Assembly: GCA_000320545.1 (NCBI GenBank)
Contig: ADNK01001117.1
Coordinates: 1-37,726, forward strand
Source: Bigelowiella natans CCMP2755
Lineage: Eukaryota; Protista; Cercozoa
DNA: 37,726 nucleotides
Direction: 5' to 3'
The stretch's first letter is position 1, and the number at the start of each line of letters is the position of its first letter. The notes under the pieces were generated by a model that had not been told where the DNA came from, did not search any database, and saw only the letters and a list, made by a program, of their open reading frames with translations. Below are positions 12,596-23,307 of this stretch, one piece after another. The position numbers and the translations under genes are program-made.

Positions 12596-13668
12596 TGACC
12601 ATTTCGATATACACTGCTGTTCGACACATACCTCTTTCTTCTGCCGCTCCGCCTCCTCACGTTTGCGGTCTGCTTCTAGTGCTTGGATGTATTCCATGTC
12701 CTGAATCTCGCGCAGCTGCGAATTCTGCTTTACCTCAACATTTCTGCGCCGGGCCTCAGCGACCTGCGTCTCGTACTTCTGTTTCACCTGTTTCGAGGGA
12801 TGTTGAACTTTTTGCACTTCAATTCGGCTTCGCGTTAAGGGGGGGGGCGGGGGCGAAGTAATCGAAGGTAAGGGCAAGAAGTGAGGTTCTAATTATCAGC
12901 TACCGGAGAGTACCTCATGGAGCCACGTTACCATCTGCTCAACCGGGAATAGGCCTTCGTGCCTGGTATGATGATTCAATGATAAAAATGTCGGCATATT
13001 GTAATAGGATGGCGAAGCAAATAGGAAGTAATCATATTCGACTTTCGCCCGCAAAAGAAGCGATGATTTCTGTCTCAGGATAAATGGCAGAGCTACAAAA
13101 GCATCGGTATCTTCGGTTCTATTTTCGTTGCTATTCATAATGTGCGTGTGTGTGCGTGCTATGATTACGTAGGAACTGGTATTCTGGTCGCCTCTCGGTG
13201 TGGGTTCACAACAGCGATGCAGGGATATCTGCAAAATAAAGGAGAAGAAGAAGAAGAGAAAAGAGATAAGAGAGAGAGGAGGAAGAGGAGGAGGAGGAGA
13301 AGGAGGAGAGGAAGAATGAGGGTAGCACGTAAAAGGAATGTACAAGTCCAAACTAAACAATTTTGACCAATACAGCACGCGGCAGTACTCATCATATCAC
13401 CTCCACCACCATCACCACCATTATCATTATCCTCCCCCTCATCCTCACCCCTCGACTCGCAGTCTACTGCAGAGCTTGTAGGTATCAGTCTGGGTCACAG
13501 AGCCCGCCCAGCATACGAAATTACCTAGATGATGAAGGAACGAATGAATAAAGGAAGATGACGGGCATCAGGATGAGCGGATAAAGAAAGAGAACAAGCT
13601 AAGTCAAAGACAATCCGCGAAATCCTTCATATTTAATGTAAATGGTTTTGCGTACCATGCAGTATCAG

Positions 13669-13715
<47 letters not shown>

Positions 13716-14128
13716 CATGTGCGTGGCAATGTCAGGTTACTGACTGTTCAGGCTATCGCGAATAAGCTCATTGCAGAGCGAGGTTGTGATGAACTTCTCG
13801 GTGTCCTCATGCTGCGGGCTGAACAGGGCAATCATCACAACAATATAAATATGGTCATGATATGCTATCCTCTCCCTTCGTATTCAAGAATTATCATGAT
13901 TCACACTCAGGGAGAACTCACCAATGGATGTAGACAAATAGGCTCCGGCCCTGAGCGCGCGCCAATCTAAGGAGGACGCAAAACGGAGGTGGGAAGCTTG
14001 TAAGTTCTCCATGAAGGAGACAACGATAAATTGCAACATCATCATCATTATCATCATCATCATCATCATCACCATCGAGATGATCTCGGCATGTCGAGAC
14101 TGAGTGACAATAATATAGTAAAAGTCGC

Positions 14129-14169
<41 letters not shown>

Positions 14170-15739
14170 GGGGGGGGGGTTTTGGAAAAATGTTTGTGGG
14201 CTTTAAGAAAAAAAAAAACTCATTGTTTTCCCCCCCGTCGTTTATTTTTTGTAAAAATTGCACTGGGGGGGCTTGGGGTTTTTCCCTTCCAAAAAGTTTG
14301 GAAGGGCCGGAACCTGCCCCTTCAGTTTTCGGGCAAACGCCTACAAACAGGGGAAGGAGATATCCAATTTATGTTTTCACGTGATCCATGGATCCATGCC
14401 GAAGTAGTTCGTGCTTTTTGTATTAACATATGAATCGCATACACAAACACACATCTAAATACAGGGGAACGTGCAGAGTTGTTTCTACCACGAACACACC
14501 GAGACATCACCCCTAAATCTCCTTGATTCAAGCTTCATTTCTAATGATTCCTCATTACCCGCGGTGCAACGTTCTGGCTCTCAGCAGCCCAGTGCGGGAG
14601 GACACGGTGGGCAATGGGACCCATGAACGAAAGCCCAGCCTCCATCAACGTATTGATAGGAGCCCTAGAAAGAAGATAGCCCAGCATCAGAGACAGGATT
14701 ATTGCGTGACAGCACTAAAATAAATCGAAGATACTATTCCCATTTCCCATGTCACAAGTGAGTTCAAATCACTGCCTGCGGTATTCGCCACGCAACACCG
14801 CAAGAGATCCTATCTTGAAAGGTTTGATGTTACTATTACCATCCTGGAGGATGATTTCCTGCGCTGGACGACGTGGTGGTAGATCCGCTCGTCGAAGTTG
14901 TAGTGCCTCTAGATTGTTCGACCTCCATTGGTCCACCACTGCTACTTGCCCCCCCCCCACTTGGAGGAGAGCTGCTTGAGGTCGTTCGGCGTTGCGTGGG
15001 ACCTGAGTTCACTGTGGAGGGCCGTGAACTTCCAGATGATAAGCCTGGGCCGCTGGAGCTGGTGTTAGACAGGGAAAGGGAGCAGCGTTAACATCAAGTT
15101 GAATCAAAATTCGGAGACAATGTGTGAGATGATCAAAAGAATTTTTTTAAGGGATTACGATTAGGAGAGGTACTGACTTTTGTAACTCGAATGCCGTGTT
15201 GATTGCGTTCTAGAAAATAGTGTCAAGGAGTTTAGCGTGACAGCTGACAGCTGAATGGGAAATAAAGCAACTTGCTTCGTGATGATACCTCGAGATTCCA
15301 CTTGCAGTCGTTGAGGATCTGAATGCTCGCGTTTATGTCATTAGCGTTGACGACCATCTAATAATGACGCAGGGGAAGGCAAAGATGATGAAAGGCATGC
15401 AGTTCAAGTAATTTTGTCCTCTAACGTAACAGTAGAACAATCTGCATGCATGCAAAATGAGAGGATTTGGGGTATTTGCGTTCTCAATTCTTCACTAACG
15501 CTCTCGCATTTTTTCATCGTAGTTGGATATCATATTCGGTATATTTTCCGTGATACAATATTCAAATTTTCTCCAATTGTCTGGTGAGGAATCCTTCCAA
15601 TCACACTAGGCTACATGATCGAGAGGCAAGGAATTTGGGGAAGCTCTTAAATCCTTCTCCCACCCAGCTCACGTATCAATGCAACAAGTACCTGGTACTC
15701 CTGAAGAGTGGCCTTCTTCTTAGCATCGAGAGTCTCCAT
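11096..15739 (-). CDS. FAF2/UBXD8/PUX10-like p97/Cdc48 adaptor (UBA-like, hydrophobic segment, UAS, coiled coil, UBX)
   Basis: Many small exons give: ILNDCKWNLE|NAIN (UBA-like); LFVYIHCPQHEDTEKF...NFVCWAGSV...YPCIAVV (UAS); LREIQDMEYIQALEADRKRE (coiled coil); VAIRLPDGQQ|IKRRFP...RFPSKKWEDASMTLK|DAKMGRQAMFFVQEDL* (UBX). One exon near 14250-14340 looks garbled by sequencing error. Confidence 0.88.
14131..14179. repeat. (AG)n followed by poly-G
   Basis: Directly visible and immediately followed by homopolymer-inflated sequence. Confidence 0.95.
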
Positions 15740-16109
15740 GTTCCCCTGGGACGAATATCGAAGCTCGATGCTCCTATGGGGGAGGATCACTGGGCGAGAT
15801 AACGAGGAAGTAAAAGGGAAATTGAGCTGAATTTTAAGCAGCGACAAGGTAAATGGGATGACGCTTTTCGCACTCCTTTCCTTGACGCACTCTAGGATCC
15901 GATGCAAAGTTGCTGGCAAGAAAGGAGCAGGACGAGTGCCCTTTTCCAATTGAGACATGAAATCGACTCGCTGGAGATCTCCACCTCGAATCTAGGCCAA
16001 TTTCTTCATGGTAAAATCACCTAATTTTGTGCAGACCCACGATGCCTCATAAGCGCAGCCCGTATCGGTAAAAAAGCGAGCCATCGGCTCTTAACAAACA
16101 TCACGAAAC
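15740..16109. promoter_or_regulatory. Probable bidirectional promoter (370 bp) between the UBX and WD40 genes
   Basis: Divergent ATGs at 15739 and 16110. Inferred from position only. Confidence 0.5.
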
Positions 16110-16732
16110 ATGGCCACCGCTACCCCGTCGTCGGTATGCTAGTGTGTCTCAAATGCAAACAGATCGATTCTGATCCAAATAAGCTGTTGGTTTCGTATTC
16201 AACTCTGTATCCATTCACGAGAGTCGTTTCGTATCGACCTCAAGTTTACTATCGTAATTCGCAATAAGCAGCAGAATCTAATTCCAAATTTGAATGTGAA
16301 TCCCAACAGACGCCAAACAAGTCCAATAAAAAGGAGGCTGAGATAGAATGGATCCACAACCTACACGGTGTGCAAAAGGGAATGATCTTTGGATCCTCCA
16401 TTTGTGAGAAAGAACACGTTGCCCTCACTTGTGGAGACGATGCAGATGGTAAAAATCGTGTGGTAGTGTGGGACCTTAGAACCGGCAAACATATTCGAAG
16501 TCTTGTTGGACACGAAGACTGGGTTTATAGCTGTGCTCTCTCAGCAGATGGGAAATATGCAATCACAGGTACAGATTCGTTTCTGGTATTCTTTCTCGTA
16601 TGTATTCTCCATCTCCAATGTATCTCTATGCTTGCGTGTGTTTGTTTTGAGTTTTTATGTGTTAATTCCACGCAGTGGTTGTCTTCGCAAACCGTGTGTT
16701 TGGGGGATATATATGAAAGGGAAGCGGAGAGT

Positions 16733-16772
<40 letters not shown>

Positions 16773-17809
16773 AAGAGAGAGAGAGGAGGAGGGGGGGGGA
16801 TTGATCGAACTTACCGTCATGAAAATACCCCCGATCTCAAAAGCATTCGCATTACCTTTTTATTCTACCTATGCATGGTATCTCGCCTCAAAAAAAATCA
16901 GGATCAAGCGATAAAACCTCCATCTTTTGGGACGTTGGCGAAGGTGAGTGCCTTCACTCGCTAAAGGGACACACAGGGGTGGTTTACGCTTGCAGTCTTT
17001 CAGAAGATGGGGCGGTAGGTCTTTCTGCTTCAAGCGATAATACCCTCATCCTTTGGGATACAAAGTCTGGCACTAAAAAAGCCCTCTTAGAGGGACACAC
17101 CCACTGGGTTCGCTGCTGCAAACTCTCTCCGGACGGAAAATACGCGCTATCTGGAGATTGGGATGGTCGATGTATCTTTTGGGAGACCAAAAATGCGATA
17201 TCAATAAAAGATATGTCTCTAGAAAATAAAGGTGTGGGAGTGCTGACTTGTGCTCTAATTCCAGGGAGTCCCATGAGAGCATTAATAGGAACATCTGATG
17301 GAGGGTTGTACCTATGGAACATCGAAGCTAACACGAAAGTGGTGCTAGAGGGAATTCACAAAGACTGGGTTACGTCTTGTGCCGTGTCCCAAAACGGTAA
17401 AGTTGGTGTGACTGTGTCTGCTGATGGACGCTGTTTCATTTGGAACCTCGAAACGGACGCCATTCTTCTCCGTCCTGAGAATCAGCACACAGGATATGTT
17501 TCTAGTTGCTGTATTTCCCCAGACAGCCACCTAATGATCACCACTGGATACGATGGACATGTTCATGTTGCTTCTATCAAGCATTCTGGACACTTCCTCT
17601 CTCCAAAATTAGCTGACAGGGTGTCTTCTATTCCGGATACAAAGATCAGTAAGAATAATAATGACGGCGACTTGGTTGCTAAGATTAATACGGTTGCTGA
17701 CCCTCCCAGCAGCGGTAACCACGCGCTTGATCGGGCGCAGAACCAAAAGTCTTCTACTTCTTGGGATGAAACATGTACACTGATGGGGTTCAACTGCATT
17801 ATGAGTTGA
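16110..17809 (+). CDS. Seven-bladed WD40 repeat protein with C-terminal CaaX motif (CIMS)
   Basis: Three exons (16110-16133, about 16310-16568, about 16902-17809) carry seven GH...WD-type repeats, e.g. GHEDWVYSCALSADGKYAITG|SSDKTSIFWD. The protein ends TCTLMGFNCIMS*. Confidence 0.9.
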
Positions 17810-18662
17810 GGCATTAACAAAGTAACCATGCTTTTGATAGAAGTCGAAGCTTTATGAAATAGCGTATCTAGACCGAAGCACATGCTTGTAGTGCTGTTCT
17901 ATACATTTTTTATCCGCTAACGCAAACATGAGATGTGAGTTCATTGTGCTCTAGCTACTTCAATGCTAGCAACTTCTGGACTCAAATAGCTCAGCTGTTC
18001 GTAAGTCACAATCAGTCTGCACATTGAGCAAGATCGACGAAATGCATGCAGTGTGATTGCACAATGTTGCACGCTGTGCGCTGCGCATGCACTAGATCGT
18101 TAGATGGGGGCGATCGACAGATGCGGACGAGAACAATGCTAGAATCATGGCCGTACGCGACAGGCCAATCCAGTGATAGTCTATATATAGGGCTTGCATT
18201 ACGTCACGTCGCCTGCTCCGCGACATTGACATGTGAGCGCGACTGTCCAAATTACTGAGTCATTAATGATATTTTAGTCTCAATTGTTTCAAACATGCTT
18301 AAATCTTGACACGTGTTTGCATGTCTAATCATGTTTTCATGCATTACATGAATGCGCAAAGCACATCTTACACCACACAAACACAAACAAACACACTGAG
18401 AGAGAGAGAGGGGGGGGGGAAGAGGGGGGGAGTAATATGTACACATACATGTATGTACACATGTACATTATCTGTATATTTTTATGCTACGCACATGTAT
18501 ATATGCACATATGTATATGTGTGTGCATATTTTTTATGTACGTACATGTTCTACATGTACATGTTCTACATGTTCTTAAAAATGCATTCACTTTGCATGT
18601 TGAGAGCACAGCTTGATATGACAGTTTATAAGCATAGTTTAATAAATAAAATATTGTAAATC

Positions 18663-20626
18663 TTATGCATGATTATGACCAGCGTGTTCATCTTCACCCT
18701 CTTCATCATCTTCAAACCCAGCAAACTCAAAGTATTGCTTGACTTCGCCTTCAAAAAAGGCATCTTCATAATCTCTCCACGCCTCCGCTCCCGCTTCGAA
18801 TTCTTTGTCTGTCAGGCAAGCGTTATTGAGCTCGTCAACCATAGCTTTCTTATCCATATCGATTCCAATGCAGACAAGCTCAGAAAATCTGTCGCCATAG
18901 ACGGAGTCCCATCTGCATGAAGGTCATCAGGATTAGCATTGGGGAAAAACCGTTGCATTTTCATATGATATTCTAATATAAATACACAAACAGTTGAATA
19001 TCACCTTCCCTTTTCTTTCATATCCGCAACACCCTTCTTCTCATCTTCATCCCAATGTTCCTCGCCAACAGCATGAAGGAAGGGAGCCCCAGTTGGCTCA
19101 ATTGAAAGCTGCTTGCCGGCGCTGTGAAAATCCATTGGAAAGTCCTTCGCATTTGCGAGCCAGATCTGACCTTTACTTCTGAGAACGCCAGCAAAAAGAT
19201 GCTCAACATTCTTTTTTATTTTCTTAGGCGGAGAGGCTGTTGTGCGTGTCTTTTGTGACTCAAGCTTCTTTTCGAGCTCGCCGAAACCGTTGATAATGTT
19301 TGACAGCCTAGTTGGATGAAAAGGGCGTTTGCTGCGGAAAATGAAGGATGATACGCCATATTCTTCAGTCTCAGGTGTGTGTTCAGGCTTCAGAAGCTCT
19401 TGAATCCATCCTGCCGAGGTTTGTGCCTAGGAATATGGTCAATTGTCAGAAGTTGGAGACACGATCGAGGTTTATCTGAGTGGCACCTTTTCCATGTCAA
19501 ACAACTTAGTGTCGAGAATTTTCGCCAGTTCGATATCAGACTTTGTAGTTTTGTACACCTGAAGAGTGGATGATAAATCGTTGCTCTCTTTTGCCATGAA
19601 AAATACTACGAAGTGAGTTACTCATTGGTGCTTCCTATCTGAATGGCCACACTTCTGAATCACCTTTGCTTTCGGATTCAGCTTCTTCACGAGTTTTTCC
19701 ACCTTCTTCATCTTATCAGAGTCTTCACCACCGAGGAGATCACACTTGTTAAGAAGTATAACGTTAGCAAATTCTATCTGGTCGATCATGAGGTTGCAGA
19801 CGGTGCGGTCGTCTTCATCTGATGCTCCTCCCATGTCGCTGTCTGTTAATGCCTCGATCGACTGAAGTACTTGGAAAATAGTGCTGCTATCTACTACAGT
19901 GACCATAGTGTCAAGCCGGGCGTAGTGCATTAGAGATTTCTGCTCGCCCTCGTCTTCTTCAGCATCGTCTTCCTTTTCCTCTTCATCTTCACCAGTCTTT
20001 TTCTCCCGGTCATTCTGCTTGTCCTCTTCCATGGCCTCTGCGATGAAAAGGGGGACATATAAAAATTCCAAATTTTGTTTCTATCTTAGGGAAATATATC
20101 TTACTCTGCTCTTCGTTTTCGTCGCCTTCTCCTTCGCCTTCTTCCTCATCGGCTTCAGTCATCTCATCCACGTTCATCACGAAAGTCTGAGCGACAGGAA
20201 GAGGCTCAGAGATCCCTGTGCTCTCAATCAGAAGATAATCGTACCTAATAAAGAAATGTGGAGGGAGAAGGAATGAGTCTGAAATTGGACGATTCAATCG
20301 AACACACGAGAAGGAAGAATGTACTTTTGCTCATCACTAAGCTCCTTAACCCTTTCGAGGAGGTCGCCCCGGAGTGTGCAACAGATGCATCCATTCTGCA
20401 TCGCAACCATTTTCTCCTCTTGTCGAATGAGTTTTGCACCAGCAACTTCCTTCGCATCGATATTCAAGGGTGCCATATCATTGACAATCACTGCAACCTT
20501 CAAATTCTGCTTGTTCTGGAGGATGTTTTTTAGAAGAGTGGTCTTTCCAGCACCAAGAAATCCAGAGAGAACCGTCACCGGAAGTTTCTTACTTTCGGTG
20601 GAAGCTTTATTTTCCTCAACCTGCAT
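18663..20626 (-). CDS. COG0523/CobW-family (YciC/ZNG1-like) G3E GTPase metallochaperone
   Basis: [18 protein letters not shown] (Walker A), [12 protein letters not shown] (CxCC), [61 protein letters not shown] (CobW_C), and an acidic/His tail [10 protein letters not shown]. Confidence 0.95.
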
Positions 20627-20887
20627 GGCGGCTTCAGTTGTGCTTGCGATGCTTTCTGTCGAAAGTAAACAGCTTCTTGATAAAAAGTGCTTCGGAGACA
20701 CATCTGTTCGAAAAACGCCATGAATTTTGTTTCTGCGACAACCCATAGTCTTCACGTAACTCATCGGTGAATTTAAAGTTCTAATATTTCCGAGAATTGA
20801 CTGGCAGCGAGCCACATGATGTTGATGTCGCACAAGAGAAAATTCATGCTTCGATGTGCTAAATCCACGAAATTTTCAGTCGCAGAC
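20627..20887. promoter_or_regulatory. Probable bidirectional promoter (261 bp) between the CobW and J-domain genes
   Basis: Divergent ATGs at 20626 and 20888. Inferred from position only. Confidence 0.5.
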
Positions 20888-21474
20888 ATGAACAAACCCT
20901 CACCTACAGAATGCCCAAAGCGTGCGATGCGACTGCGGAATTGCGAGAAATGTGTCGTTGAAGTGCAATCCCATTCCGTTCACATCCTCAAAACCCAACA
21001 GTCCCTGGCACAGCAGTGTGGGACAAGCCAGGGATTTTTTTTTCACTTTCTCACGGCTTTGATCACTGACGGCCCTTGCACGACCGTGAACCACAGTTTG
21101 TCTAGCAGGTGCACCGTGACAACTCAGGTCCTGAGCGCCAGGAACTATTTCGGTATATTCGATATTCCAAGGCGGAGAGTGGAGCCTTCGATTGTGAGGT
21201 GACTAACCTCTGCTTATAGAATGAGTTTGGCCTGAATCAAAAGAATAGTAGGCGCAGCCATCTCTTGGAGCGAATACCTAACTTGGAATGTACACAGGAG
21301 GGCATACAAAGCACTAGCATTACTTATCCATCCGGACAAAAACAGAGACTCAAAAGCACAGGCAAGTTCGATTATCTTTTGTGGTGTACCTGTATAATCA
21401 TGTTTTCTGTGTATTGATGGTCATCATTAATGACAGGCAGCGTTCAAGCGATTGACTGCAGCTCACGAGGTGAT

Positions 21475-21511
<37 letters not shown>

Positions 21512-21865
21512 TGCAGAGAAAGGAGGGGACGGGGGGGAGGGGAGGATATGATCTGATTCGGTTATGCTTAATATCCACGCCCGAGCACAATGCATTGAGA
21601 AGACCGTGCTTTCTAGTATGTCCCTAGTGCCTCATATTGAGAGAAAGACTGTATTTCTATTATATATTACTAGTGCCTCTCGACCCCGGCTTCTCAGGCT
21701 GCTTATCTCCTTTCGCTACCAAAAGAGAAGAAGAGAAATGACGAGTGGGGAGCAGGAGGGAGGAAAAAGAGGCGGCGAGAGAACGGCGGACATCATCACG
21801 ATCAAAGTGAATTTTCCTTCCAAAACCCGACGCGTAGAAAGACAGAGGTCACTTATGCACACACA

Positions 21866-21921
<56 letters not shown>

Positions 21922-21959
21922 AACATTTACATTAACATTCTTATAAATATGTATAAATA

Positions 21960-21998
<39 letters not shown>

Positions 21999-22525
21999 GT
22001 GCGTATTGACACCAGAAATGGTGGGAGAGGCCAGATTGGATGGAGCATATCGAGCGAGAGACCGAAGCCTTCAAGCGCGCGAATGAGCAGAACCAAAAGC
22101 TGTACAAATCGTCGACGTCGTCGTCTTCAGCGTCAAGCCACACCGGATGTGACGATACAAAGAAGATGAAGAAGAAGAGGAAGAAAAAAGAAGGAAGAGT
22201 CAATCATAAGGAGAGACGGAAAGTTGACTTAAGGTCTTATCAATGTAGAGGAGCTTCCTATGATGATGATTTCTTATTAACTCCCCGACCGCCAACGCGC
22301 TCGTCGTGAGGCAGCAGGATCTATCGTAGTCGTTTGTTTGCCGTTGAGAAACTTCGTCATTCACCATTGATTCCTTTTGTTTTTCCCATTTTCTGCAATT
22401 GGAAACCGTATAGGCACATCTACGAGAAATACGGCCTCTTAGACGACGATGAAGAGCAGCAAGGGCGGGGGGAGGAGAATGGCGAACACGGTAGTTGTGC
22501 TCTTTTGAAATCTGATTTCTTGTAG
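20888..22525 (+). CDS. J-domain (DnaJ type C) protein
   Basis: Spliced VLSARNYFGIFDIP...IVR|RAYKALALLIHPDKNRDSKAQ|AAFKRLTAAHE|CLS contains the HPD motif. It is followed by K/R-rich NLS-like segments, and the last exon reads HIYEKYGLLDDDEEQ...DFL*. Confidence 0.88.
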
Positions 22526-22528
22526 CCT

Positions 22529-22569
<41 letters not shown>

Positions 22570-22571
<2 letters not shown>

Positions 22572-23099
22572 TGCTAGCGCTGCATGTTGAAAAGCGGCAG
22601 AGACGGGAAAACGTCGATCCATCTTGCATTGCACACACAGCTCGATCTGCACATCTGCAACAATGTGTGCATGTTGAACGTTGCGCCTGGCGGCGGCGAC
22701 GCAGATCTGGAAAGCACGCGCCATGCTGGCATGCATGATGGACAACACGGACAATCACAAGGTGTTCACAATTGCCATGCTGGCATGCCATGGCATGCTC
22801 AGTGCTCCAGTGCTGGCAAACATGCACGATGCATCATTGTGTGCACAACAGTGCACAAGTCATGTGACTCACGCATGCCAGCATGCAAGTTCTAGACACG
22901 CAGCGCACCTTCAATGATGCGAAGCAAATCATGCGCAAAAACGTCATCAAGACGAACCAGCATGCACTTCTAGACTTGTGAGCTCAAAATGCAGTGTGAC
23001 AAATCACTGTCATCAATCACCGCTTCCAAATCATTGTTGCCAGACAGCAGTGACATGACAGATCATGCTGCCCGCGACATGCTAGCATGACAGTGCTCA
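22570..23099. other. TpA-depleted, CATG/TGCA-rich intergenic tract (probable decayed repeat or coding remnant)
   Basis: By my reading the only TA dinucleotides are at 22575, 22893, 22971 and 23083, all inside CTAG. CpG remains common. Confidence 0.7.
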
Positions 23100-23307
23100 T
23101 AAGCTGATAGATTTTGATCAGATTGTCACATGTGCGGCGTCTGTTCATTTAGCACCATCTAGATCTTTGTGAACTTAAATTCTGCATGTGTGGCTTGGGT
23201 GCTAAGAGCACAGCAGTCTTGCAGCAAAACGCAGTCGGACGATTCGATGCCAACTAATCGAACCCTCTGTAACTACTACACGTATAAGGTCTTGAGAATA
23301 TCTGGCT

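Noticed and set aside
20627-20833. In-frame upstream extension of CobW as a targeting peptide
   Set aside because: It has no hydrophobic signal region and overlaps the short divergent promoter. The ATG at 20626 (gccgccATG) has good context.
22200-22917. Several overlapping His/Cys-rich ORFs as real genes
   Set aside because: They are explained by absence of TAA/TAG stops in the TA-depleted tract. No recognisable domain.
22570-23099. CpG methylation decay or classical fungal RIP as the cause of the TG/CA excess
   Set aside because: CpG is retained and TA is lost, the opposite of both signatures.
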